Assembly: GCA_032718475.1 (NCBI GenBank)
Contig: JAUCBJ010006644.1
Span: forward strand, 1-51,487
Origin: Nemertoderma westbladi
Taxonomy: Eukaryota > Animalia > Xenacoelomorpha
Direction of reading: 5' to 3'
DNA length: 51,487 bases
The notes under the pieces are model-generated. The model did no database searches. It saw only the letters and a list, made by a program, of their open reading frames with translations, and was not told the origin of the DNA. Made by a program: the position numbers and the translations under genes. This document shows positions 35,101-44,300 of this stretch, one piece after another (the first letter of the stretch is position 1; every line of letters begins with the position of its first letter).

Positions 35101-37336
35101 TTCCGTCGGTCTTTGCCGATGCATCGACTACCATCCTAAGTTTACCTTTCTTCGGGTCTAAAGCTACGTGGAGAAGCAGGTAGTATGTCCTGTCCGTGTT
35201 CGGTTCGTCGACCGGTAACTCCACGGCCCATCCCTTCTCGACGTACTTCTTGATCGTTTTGTGAATGTACTCGTTCTTCTCGGGGCTCCGTTGTAGTGTT
35301 TGTTTCAGTTTGCGGAGTCTCGTGAGTACCATCCCTCTATTATCGGGTAGCGGTATCTTCGGTAGTTTCCATACCATTCCTATTGTATACCGCCCCTCAT
35401 CACACGTCATCGATTCCTCCACACTTTGTAGAGCCTGCTTGTCTTCTACCGAGGTCCCGACCCCTGTCTCTTTCAGTCCCTCAAAGTCTTGTCTGAGCAG
35501 TCTTTTAAGCTGCTCCTCTGCTCCCTCGTCACCCATTTCCTGCATTGTTCCCGCGAACATGCATCCTGATGTCTCCGACATCCTGAATGGTATCTTGCTC
35601 TTAATTGGACCACTCAGCGTCCACCCGAATGGCGTTAATATGGCCACCGGGTCGCTCTGCTTGTCTTCGCCGAAGACCGTTTGCATTCTCTCGTGGGCCG
35701 TTGGGCAGTCCATGCCTACTATGATGGATACCTTCCTAACGTCCACGTCTGGGATTGAGAAGTCAATGTTGTCCAGGAATTTGTATTGCTCGACCTCGAT
35801 GTTGGTTGGCCGCCTGGCATTGATGTTAATTGACTCTATTACTTGGATGGGGTCGATGGTTGCCCCATAATCGCATCCTGGTGCCACTGCTGCAATTGCG
35901 CACCGTCCTGTCCTCATCTCTAGGATCTCGTCTTTGCTAGAGATGGTTGTCACCGCCATCCTGCTTGGCCTCGTTCTCAACCCTATTTCTTCGGCTACCC
36001 ATTCCTCAACTAATGTGAAGGCAGCTCCACTATCAACCAGCATTAGTGTTGTTACTGATCGATTGCCTTCCCCGATCACTCGTACTGGTACTACTCCAAG
36101 TAGCACTGTTCCTCTCTTCTTCACCCCTACCGTGCTCGTTGCCATCGTCTGGCCTCTCCTTTGGCCAAACTTGACCGGCTTCTCTTGGCATTCCCTGGCC
36201 TTGTGTCCACTCTTTACACATCGCGAGCAGATTTTATTGCTCGACGCGTAATCTATCTGGTCTTGCCTCGGTAGCGCCTGCCAGTACCTGCAGTTCATGG
36301 TTTTATGAAGCGCATTTGCGTGTAACTGGCATTTGCTCTTTGGGTCGTAGCCCTCTTTATACAATGCATTGCGTATCGCAGTTATATTCGTACCAAAGTC
36401 CCTACTATTCTTATTGACTGGATTTGGCCTACTGGACGTACTGGGGTTATGTTTATTCATGTTGTTATTGTTCCCCTGTCCGTCCCTTGATGTTGTCTTA
36501 TCTTCGCTTGTCTGTGGACTTGCAGTCCCCTGCGTCGCTGCGTATGGCAATGATTGCCTGAGTCTCGGTAACGCGTTCGATGTATTGTGCTCTGGTTTGG
36601 GCCTGTAGTGATCTGTCTTTGGTCCCTTTCCCAGGCTATCTTCACTATAAACTGGGTCCGTTATTAGTTCAGCCTCGTAATTTAAGAAGTTTGACATTTC
36701 TTCTAAACCTGGTTCCGCACCCTTCTTGTCTCGGGTGGAGAAAGCGATCTTCCTCCATTTGTTGCGCAGCCAACTCGGTAGTGCCTGCGCTATCGTGGTG
36801 ATGTTATTGGACGCGTTGAGCTCGTATGGCGCGTCTAGCGTCTTCAGCACGATCAGCGCCTTCTCGACTTTGTTAGCAAACGTCTTAATGCTAACGGGAT
36901 TATCCTGTAGGCCACCCGATGTTATGCCTCTCAGCGTTTGCCTGATGATCTTGGCCGGGTGCCCGTATTCCCTATCCAGTGCCCGCCATGCTGTCGTGAA
37001 GCCGCCCTCTATCCCCTGATATTGCCTCACGATGTCGTATGCTGGGCCTCCCGTGTACACTTGTAGATACTTTAGGCACTCCGCCTGCGTCAAGTTTTTT
37101 GTTAGTATTTCGTTACTATACATTCGCCGAAACTGTAAGTATTCTTCCGGCCTGCTCCCATCGAATTTGAACGGTTCCACGGGTGGTAATTCGATCCTCG
37201 TTTTCAACGCATCGATCAACGTGGCCATCCCCATTGCCTGCGCTTCTAATGGATTCGACGGGTGCTGTATAGTTTCCCCTGTCTGGTGCGGTTCGTCCGT
37301 CCTATTTCTTAATCTTCTCTGACTCGGATATGTCAT
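32129..37336 (-). CDS. pol: BEL/Pao Gag-Pol polyprotein (1735 aa open)
   Basis: Gag FDGS..EY..F, knuckle CSRCVKSGHKAREC, protease LVDSGA, RT FYVDDG, RNase H LHMFSDAS..AYGA and WTDS, integrase HHCC plus GVDMFGP, SDNGTNF and GCVERL, and the C-terminal WRRWVEEYLPTL typical of BEL/Pao. Confidence 0.97.
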   Translation of the reverse strand: MTYPSQRRLRNRTDEPHQTGETIQHPSNPLEAQAMGMATLIDALKTRIELPPVEPFKFDGSRPEEYLQFRRMYSNEILTKNLTQAECLKYLQVYTGGPAYDIVRQYQGIEGGFTTAWRALDREYGHPAKIIRQTLRGITSGGLQDNPVSIKTFANKVEKALIVLKTLDAPYELNASNNITTIAQALPSWLRNKWRKIAFSTRDKKGAEPGLEEMSNFLNYEAELITDPVYSEDSLGKGPKTDHYRPKPEHNTSNALPRLRQSLPYAATQGTASPQTSEDKTTSRDGQGNNNNMNKHNPSTSSRPNPVNKNSRDFGTNITAIRNALYKEGYDPKSKCQLHANALHKTMNCRYWQALPRQDQIDYASSNKICSRCVKSGHKARECQEKPVKFGQRRGQTMATSTVGVKKRGTVLLGVVPVRVIGEGNRSVTTLMLVDSGAAFTLVEEWVAEEIGLRTRPSRMAVTTISSKDEILEMRTGRCAIAAVAPGCDYGATIDPIQVIESININARRPTNIEVEQYKFLDNIDFSIPDVDVRKVSIIVGMDCPTAHERMQTVFGEDKQSDPVAILTPFGWTLSGPIKSKIPFRMSETSGCMFAGTMQEMGDEGAEEQLKRLLRQDFEGLKETGVGTSVEDKQALQSVEESMTCDEGRYTIGMVWKLPKIPLPDNRGMVLTRLRKLKQTLQRSPEKNEYIHKTIKKYVEKGWAVELPVDEPNTDRTYYLLLHVALDPKKGKLRMVVDASAKTDGKCLNDYLLEGPNIYNSGIEVLLRFRNGKHAFTCDIEGMFNQVRVTEEDSDSQRFLWYNGEEEPPVIPAYRMVVQNMGAKSSSFTTTMAVRDTVKGKEDRYSSRAVDMIRRGFYVDDGMESGNTVEEILETGREVRDILKGSGFNLTKFQSSSEEFIKEIEDKKPESTMDNPTTAKGQDMANKRTQSQQKALGIVWDRGTDELKYQLSQEGADTHTKRGYVSYIARIYDPLGLASPLLVTGKQILKRVYKLKDEWDVEVPEDIKKQWSKWTGDLERMGTYNMPRVYVPDGNMTNLDLHMFSDASLEAYGAALYLVQREGAHKPRLAFSKAKSTPPDSASVPKLELTAARLGVRATAYLVDTIPNIVETHYWTDSMVVLGWLHNEKTRYPIFVANRVDEIRASTELERWHYCPTDENPADLLSRGVERHTFLKKEVLWQHGPQFLSDREAWPPMRKVDPGSEPVSEGEGDSEGEEIYSQMVREIRDVQPGRELCDNPTDKLLSYSSSWYKTKKLVAYWRAFGNFLAGVGKYKKTRTTIDLEGAANAVIRYEQRKNYSDEVERVGNQQHLRRDSGLITLSPQLNEDGILVMNSRVGYNNSIVVPPKPIIIPTGSPIVHQIIWDSHKSILHGGTNRTLTEIRRTYWVKQLRKKVKAVVGQCQTCRRAKKERAVQEMAPLPASRVRQHDPPFTHCGVDMFGPIKIKVMRHTEKRYGIIFVCNNTRAVGIELAQDATASAFINALERFRDRKGGTIAVIYSDNGTNFVGAESEMAEALDILEGEEVRAAMRRRQVKWERRTPYAPHTLGCVERLVGSSKRLMMKLMNTHMVTEDVLRTVLAKCEGIINSRPLYPENDDPESLDVLTPSHFLMERPATIDMRGVDPDDIHSRQSWKVAKAISAEYWRRWVEEYLPTLHKRSKWRKPNRELREGDLVIVTDDTIINNQWRLARVVGTYSDEDGRVRSVEVRIGGKIGAKDRKTYRRAVGKCCLLEGAP

Positions 37337-37448
37337 CGGGGGTAGCGGCCCCCTCCATATGTCTGTATCACACGACCTGTTTTCATCTAGGGGTCTCGTT
37401 GTTCTTGTTCCTGTCGGGGTATATTGTTGATATTGCGATGGGGGAATG

Positions 37449-39245
37449 TCACCCTGTCCCCCCCCCCACCGGTATGTCTGGTACTGGGGTTGATGTTAAT
37501 ATGTTGGGGCCCATACACCTATCCGCAATAATTCCCCCCTCCCCTGGGTATATGTTATGTCCCTGCATGCTGTAGTCATACTGCTGTGCTGGTACCGGTA
37601 TAGGCCTATCAGCTTCTGGCCTACTCGCCGGTATGTATTCCGCGACTTCCGGGTTTAATCCCATCGTCCGCGCTATCCTATCGCCTACATTGCCTCTCTC
37701 AGTATGGCCTACGGTATGTGCAGTAAGACCTACAGTATGCCCTACAGTCTGCATGTGTTGCTCGGGATCGAAGTTTATTCTTCTCGAATAATCCTCCCCG
37801 CGGCTACCGTATTCTCGATCGGTAGGTATATTCCGTCGGAAAGTTTCTCTTCGACCCCTCTCTCCACTGTTTTCATCTTCGTACCGGTACATCGCGTACC
37901 CCTCTCTCGGCGTGTAATGCGTCTCACCGGATCGCATCCCTCCGGGGCGACGGCAATCTCCCGGAGTCCGACCCCACTGACTTTCCGTTCTCATCTCGAC
38001 TACCGACGGCTCGCTGTCCGTCCTCGCTCTTCTATCGTTTGCGGCGATACTCCTACTACTGTCTTCCTCTCTTCTCCTATCAGTGGAATATTCCCGCTCA
38101 CGAGATCTCTCGTCGACCTCCCGGTTAAACCCCACTGTTCTTCTTTCCTCCTCTGATCGGGCTCGACGCTCCGTCTGCCCTCCCGCGACGTCAACCTGTC
38201 TTTCTCTGCTCGATCGCACGTCGCTGGGGATACTCGCAATCCCCCTATTACTTTCCGTCGCCGGTTGTTGCGGTTTACCTTGTTCGGCCCTCGCATTATC
38301 CGCTGACGGCTGTGGGACACTCTCTGCCCCCCCCCTTCTCGCCACTAACTCTCTGTTGTGGGGCCCTCGTAGCCCCCCCCCCCCCCACTCGCTACATCTA
38401 ACTTCGCTACCTCTCGCCCCGCTACTATATATCTCTCTAGTCGACACATCAACCCTACCACAGTCGTGTCTGTTCACCCCCGCCTCTCCCTCTGCTATTG
38501 CGTTGCCTTCCAGGCCCTCTACTCCCTGCCTACCAACCACGCGGCCTACCAGGCCCTCTCCTCCCTGTCTACTAACTACGCGGCCTACCAGGCCCTCTGC
38601 TCCCTGTCTACTAACTACGTGGCCTACCAGGCCCTCTGCTCCCTGGTTACATAGGCCCGACGTGTTTACATTAATAGCACCCATATTGGAAACGGAATTA
38701 ATTTGCTCATTTGAAACAAAATCATTTGTATTATTCTGCGCGACTACGTTATCTGAATTATTTTGTAAATTCGGGCTAAGATCATTATTTGAATTATTCG
38801 AATTATTCTGTGTAATTGCGTTATTTAAGTTATTTTGTAGGTCCGAATTCGAGTTATTATTTTGATTATTTGAATTATTTTGCGTAACTACATCAATATT
38901 AGGATTATTTTCTACATTATCACTGGGATTGTTCTGATTTAAATTTAAATTACTACCACTAGGCAAAGTATTTCCTGTAATAAAGGTTTGATTAGCGTTA
39001 TCCCATACGGTACTATTAATATCAACAACGTCTACTGTACCATTATTATTACCCCCCCCGCCCGTACGGTCGCACCAGTTTTGGGTCTGTCGTGCGGTCC
39101 CTGTCAGTGGAGTATTAATAAATATATCTACGGCCCTCGGCTCCTCAAAAATACTCGAGCCGGCCCCAGTTTCAGACGGCGGTCCCACTCGCACGTATTC
39201 CAACTCGTGCTCCCCTCTAATTATATTTCCCGCAAACTCACTCAC
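37449..39245 (-). CDS. Low-complexity N-terminal gag extension, part 2 (Asn-rich, 13-aa repeats)
   Basis: 598-aa ORF ending just after a 10-G run; the adjacent frame runs on into gag-pol. Confidence 0.7.
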   Translation of the reverse strand: MSEFAGNIIRGEHELEYVRVGPPSETGAGSSIFEEPRAVDIFINTPLTGTARQTQNWCDRTGGGGNNNGTVDVVDINSTVWDNANQTFITGNTLPSGSNLNLNQNNPSDNVENNPNIDVVTQNNSNNQNNNSNSDLQNNLNNAITQNNSNNSNNDLSPNLQNNSDNVVAQNNTNDFVSNEQINSVSNMGAINVNTSGLCNQGAEGLVGHVVSRQGAEGLVGRVVSRQGGEGLVGRVVGRQGVEGLEGNAIAEGEAGVNRHDCGRVDVSTREIYSSGARGSEVRCSEWGGGGLRGPHNRELVARRGGAESVPQPSADNARAEQGKPQQPATESNRGIASIPSDVRSSRERQVDVAGGQTERRARSEEERRTVGFNREVDERSREREYSTDRRREEDSSRSIAANDRRARTDSEPSVVEMRTESQWGRTPGDCRRPGGMRSGETHYTPREGYAMYRYEDENSGERGRRETFRRNIPTDREYGSRGEDYSRRINFDPEQHMQTVGHTVGLTAHTVGHTERGNVGDRIARTMGLNPEVAEYIPASRPEADRPIPVPAQQYDYSMQGHNIYPGEGGIIADRCMGPNILTSTPVPDIPVGGGTG

Positions 39246-40678
39246 CGTTTCTTTAATTCCTTGCGCTCCTTTTCACTCTCTGCCACTATCCCCTCACGCT
39301 CCTGGGTGTCCTTGATGGCCGAGTCTGCGGCACTCTTAATGCTCTCCCTTCGTCTCGCCCCACGCTCTTTGCGTTCCTTTTCCTTTCTCGTCTCATATTC
39401 CTTGCGTTCCGCCTCACGCTCCTTGCGTTCCCTTTCCTCCCTTGCCTCACGCTCCTTGCGTTCCCCTTCCTCTCTCGCCTCACGCTCCTTGCGTTCCTTT
39501 TCCATTCTCGCCTCACGCTCCTTGCGTTCCGCCTCACGCTCCTTGCGTTCCCTTTCCTCTCTCGCTTCACGCTCCCTACACTCCCTTTCCTCTATCTCAT
39601 CATACTCCCTTAGGCTTTTCAAAGCCCTTTCGGCCCTTTCTCCGGTTTCTCTAAGCAATACCGTTTCCCTCTCTAACCGCACTCTTCCCTCCTCTAGCCG
39701 TTCCTTCATTTCTCTCTGACCTTGCTCTGCCATGCTGAGACGGTATGCGGCTCCTATTTTTCTCACCGCTCTTTCTTTCGCGGAGGATGTAGCAGACTTA
39801 TCGGTTACGACGGACTTCCCCCGCCTTCCCGACCTACTAACTTTCTCCCACTTCCCGGAGCTTTCTCCGACCGACGAGGCCGAATCCTCGGTGTTAACCT
39901 CGGATTCGCCCCCTTCGAGTCCCCTCCAACCCACCGGTTTTACTCCCCGGGCATCGACCAAGTATGGCCCTATGTACACTGGCGCTACACTAGGTTCCAT
40001 ACTCCCACACTCCCATAGTTCAAACAGTTCGCCGGCTATCCTTTCTGCTCTCTCCCCGGCCAGTTCTCTCTGCCCAAAACGTATTAGGTAATTTAAGTGT
40101 CTATCCGACTCACCTAGTCGCTTTCTCACTCTCACCTCGTCTACCTTCGCCCCTTCCTTCTTGGCGTCGTTTATCAGCTTCCGGGTCGCGTTGTAGGCCC
40201 GTCGAAGTCGCTCAGAAACCCCGACGTCCTCGTCGCCGACCTCTCCTCCGTCCCTCCGGGTCCGACGTCGTACCGGCGGCTCCACCGTCGCCGTTCCGGT
40301 GGGCCGTCCGTCGCCCTCGGCCTGTAGCTGGCCGGCGACATCGGTACCGATCTCTCCTCCGTCTCTTCGTGTCCGGCGTCGCACCGTCGGCCCCACCGTC
40401 GCCGTTTCGGTGGGCCGCCCGTCGCCCTCGGCCTGTAGCTGGCCGGCGACATCGGCGCGCCGTTCTCCCTCTCGTGTCGACTCATCTCCTTCTCCCTCCG
40501 TCTCGCTCTCTCTCTCTCTTGGCTCGACTTCGGGTTCCAGGCCCTCCTCGTCCTGTACTTCCGGTTCGCCCGTTATCGATGGCTCCGGCGTCGTGGGCCT
40601 GTATCGTTTGGTCGCGGCCTCGCGGATCGTTAGGTCTTCGTCCGGGGTCCGCGTCGGTGTCTCGCCCGATTCACTCAT
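39242..40678 (-). CDS. N-terminal gag extension, part 1 (37-aa duplication, E/R/K coiled-coil-like repeats)
   Basis: 478-aa ATG-initiated ORF starting about 115 bp inside the 5' LTR boundary and overlapping the next ORF by 4 nt. Confidence 0.7.
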   Translation of the reverse strand: MSESGETPTRTPDEDLTIREAATKRYRPTTPEPSITGEPEVQDEEGLEPEVEPRERESETEGEGDESTREGERRADVAGQLQAEGDGRPTETATVGPTVRRRTRRDGGEIGTDVAGQLQAEGDGRPTGTATVEPPVRRRTRRDGGEVGDEDVGVSERLRRAYNATRKLINDAKKEGAKVDEVRVRKRLGESDRHLNYLIRFGQRELAGERAERIAGELFELWECGSMEPSVAPVYIGPYLVDARGVKPVGWRGLEGGESEVNTEDSASSVGESSGKWEKVSRSGRRGKSVVTDKSATSSAKERAVRKIGAAYRLSMAEQGQREMKERLEEGRVRLERETVLLRETGERAERALKSLREYDEIEERECREREAREERERKEREAERKEREARMEKERKEREAREEGERKEREAREERERKEREAERKEYETRKEKERKERGARRRESIKSAADSAIKDTQEREGIVAESEKERKELKKR

Positions 40679-40792
40679 CTCGTTTGTGGCTGATGATTCG
40701 GCTAGCTAGGTTGCAGTTCTTAGAGTTTGACTAGGGCGGCAGCTCGGTTTAGTTACTGAGTTTAGCTGGGGAAGCAACACCGTTTTAGTTAC

Positions 40793-41330
40793 TGTGACGG
40801 GATCCAGGAGGGATCCCGATTTATCCGATGTGGTATTTAGTCCACGCGTCCCCGCCGTGTATAAGAGTGAAATAAAGATAACTGAGTTCTGAAGTTCGGT
40901 GTATAATAATAGGTTATAGGATATAGATATATTGTGAATTATACGGTAGGCGGGATACGGTAACTAAAGTCCCGTGATCCCCTAACTAAACTAATTGGCT
41001 GTACCCTACGCTAGCACTGCTGCACTGAGATAACTGAATCACTGATTAATAGGTTATTGGTTATATTGCACGGTGGCCTTACTGCTACTCAATCGATGCC
41101 ATTCCCCCCTCTGATTGGTTAATACCCTTGTTGGCGCCCCGTGGAGTATTCCCGTTCACTCCACCTGTTCTCCTTGGGTTAGGGGTTTGGCCCCTGACCC
41201 TCTATTGTGTGCTTCCTTCCCACTCTTATTGGGATGGCACGAGTTGGTTAATTGCCCAATCTCGTGGCTCCCAATATTGCTTATCGGCTAATAACTTTAT
41301 GGGGTGTTGGCGGGATTGAATAAGCTAACA
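40793..41330 (-). repeat. 5' LTR
   Basis: 538 bp, TGTTAGC...CGTCACA on the minus strand, flanked by the TTCAG TSD. Confidence 0.97.
41031..41067 (-). promoter_or_regulatory. Candidate LTR core promoter (TATA plus initiator)
   Basis: Minus-strand TATAA starts at 41065 and the A of TCAGTT is at 41035, 30 nt apart. A similar CAATATA...TTCAGTTAT occurs in the related LTR at about 50814-50855. Confidence 0.4.
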
Positions 41331-41335
41331 TTCAG

Positions 41336-44300
41336 TTTCCATGACAACCACTACAAACAGACGTTTTAGCAATTAAATCCTTTGTTTTACACATTAACTA
41401 CTCAATGAAACTGAATTGAAGTATGTGTCACCTGGAACCACAAACCGGATCTTAATGTAATCCTCAGCAGTTCTAGAAAATTCTGGTTGCCATTGTAATA
41501 TGAGTTTTTAAGGCATATGCCTCTTAACTCGGTAAAGCAATGAAGTGATGAGTCAAAGAGTGTTGAATTTTCCTTAGCTTCGTGGTTGCATTTCCTTTAG
41601 GAAATGCCTTTCTAGTACACGAAGCTAAGGAAAATCAACTACTTTCGCTAAGAAAGATTTTCCTTAGCTGAGATGGTGTATTCATAGTGGGCTATTTTAC
41701 TTGTGTGAGGCAGATTTAGTGTTTTTTGGTCGGGGAAAAAACTAGCCTTTAAAAGTACCCTGAAATTTTGCATGTATGTACTACTCATCGAGGCGCGTCG
41801 TGTGGGATGGGTCTCATATTCAGGAAAAATCTGGTTTCCATGGCAACGGACTTAGAAAAAAGTCTATGTATTTCAAGTCAATATTTATAACTCTATTTGT
41901 AGGAAAACTATAATACATATAAACTTGGGATTTCTCAACTCAACTATAAGGTCCATAGCAGAGCCGATTGAGGTTAAATAGAAATTCCAGTTACCTTGGC
42001 AACCGGGCTAAACAGATGTTAAAATTTATAAAATGTTAATTTGAAGCCTAAGGTTAATGTGTTATGTCTTGGGACCAACCCCTACCCCCACTATATGACT
42101 TATTCTGCGTCCGAATTTCATTGTTTAATTTTGCAGTTACCATGACAACCGCTGAAAACAGATGTTTTTATACAAAAATAACTCATTTGGACATAGACTT
42201 CGCGATAAAATTTTACGAAATTGGATATGTGTTATCTGGACCACTAGTTGGAACTTTTAGTAAAACCTAAAACATTCCATAAATATCTTGTTACCATGGT
42301 AACTGGAGTTTATTAAAGTCGATATCATTCAAGTCTAAATTCAATACTCTATTTGCAGCAAAATAATGTAATAAATATAAATTTGGGGTTTTGCAAGTCA
42401 TCTGTAAGGTCCATATACAATCCATTCGAGGTTAATTACACAATCCAATTACCATAGCAACAAGACTAAACAGATGTTAAAATTTCTAAAATGATAATTT
42501 GAAACACAAGTTAATAGTATTATGACTTGGGACCAAGACCTACCCCCATTATATGACTTATTCTGCATCCGAATTACATTGTTCTATTTTTCAGTTTCCA
42601 TGACAACCACTGCAAACAGATGCATTATGATAGAAAATCGGTAATTTGGACATAAACTACAATATTTTCTGAAACTTGGTATGTGTTATCTGAACCACAA
42701 TCTGGACTGAATCTTTTTTCAAAGGTAAAACCAACAGTTCCAGAGAATTCTAGTTTCCATGGGAATATAAGTTATTTATTGGCAAATGCTACTAAACTAG
42801 GCTAAGCAACAAACCAAATTATGGCCCTTTGTTTAATTTTCCTTAGCTTCGTGGTTGCATTTCCTTTAGGAAATGCCTTTCTAGTATGTGTTATCTGAAC
42901 CACAATCTGGACTGAATCTTTTTTCAAAGGTAAAACCAACAGTTCCAGAGAGATCCACGAAGCTAAGGAAAATCAACTACTTTCGCTAAGAAAGATTTTC
43001 CTTAGCTGAGATGGTGTATTCATAGTGGGCTATTTTACTTGTATGGAGCAGATTTAGTGTTTTTTGATTCCGGAAAAAACTAGCCTTTAAAAGTACCCTG
43101 AAATTTTGCATGTATGTACTACTCGTCGAGGCGCATCGTGTGGGCTGGGTCTCATATCCAGGAAAAATCTGGTTTCCATGGCAACGGACTTAGAAAAAAG
43201 TCTATGTATTTCAAGTCAATATTTATAACTATATTTGTAGGAAAACTATAATAGATATAAACTTGGGGTTTCTCAACTCAACTATAAGGTCCATAGCAGA
43301 GCCGATTGAGGTTAAATAGAAAATCCAGTTACCTTGGCAACCGGGATAAACAGATGTTAAAATTTATAAAATGTTAATTTGAAGCCTAAGGACAAGGTGT
43401 TATTACTTGGGACCAAACCCTACCCCCACTATATAACTTATTCTGCGTCCAAATTTCATTGTTCTATTTTGCAGTTACCATGACAACCGCTGAAAACAGA
43501 TGTTTTTATACAAAAATAACTCATTTGGACATATACTTCGCGATAAAATTTTACCAAACTGGGTATGTGTTATCTGGACCAATAGTTGGAACTTTTAGTG
43601 AAACTCAAAACATTCCAGAAATATCTTGTTACCACGGTAACTGGAGTTTATTAAAGTCTATATCATTCAAGTCTAAATTCAATACTCTATAAATATTCTC
43701 GTATTGTGTGAGGCAGATTTGTTTTTTTTAAGTCCAGCAAAAACTAGCCTTTAAAAGTACCCTGAAATTTTGCATGTATATACTACTCGTCGAGGCGCAT
43801 CTTTTGGGCTGGGTCTCATATCCAGGAAAAATCTGGTTTCCATGGCAACGGACTTAGAAAAAAGTCTATGTATTTCAAGTCAATATTTAAAACTCTATTT
43901 GTAGGAAAACTATAATAGATATAAACTTGGGGTTTCTCAACACAACTATAAGGTCCATAGCAGAGCCGATTGAGGTTAAATAGAAAATCCAGTTACCTTG
44001 GCAACAGGGATAAACAGATGTTAAAATTTATAAAATGTTAATTTGAAGCCTAAGGTTAAGGCGTTATGACTAGGGACCAATCCCTACCCCCACTATATAA
44101 CATATTCTGCATCCGAATTTGATTGTTCTATTTTGCAGTTACCATAACAACCGCTGAAAACAGATGTTTTTACACAAAAATTACTCATTTGGACATATAC
44201 TTCGCGATAAAATTTCAGGAAACTGGGTATGTGTTATCTGGACCACTAGTTGGAACTATTAGTGAAACTCAAAACATACCAGAAATATCTAGTTACCATG

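Larger units (their letters stand above)
27074..41330 (-). mobile_element. Full-length BEL/Pao LTR retrotransposon, 14,257 bp
   Basis: Two 538-bp TG...CA LTRs, a 5-bp TSD TTCAG (27069-27073 and 41331-41335), a PPT, and Gag-PR-RT-RH-IN order with BEL-type motifs. Confidence 0.97.

Noticed and set aside
32256-40734. Many plus-strand ORFs inside the retrotransposon
   Set aside because: Antisense shadows of GC-rich coding sequence with no motifs.
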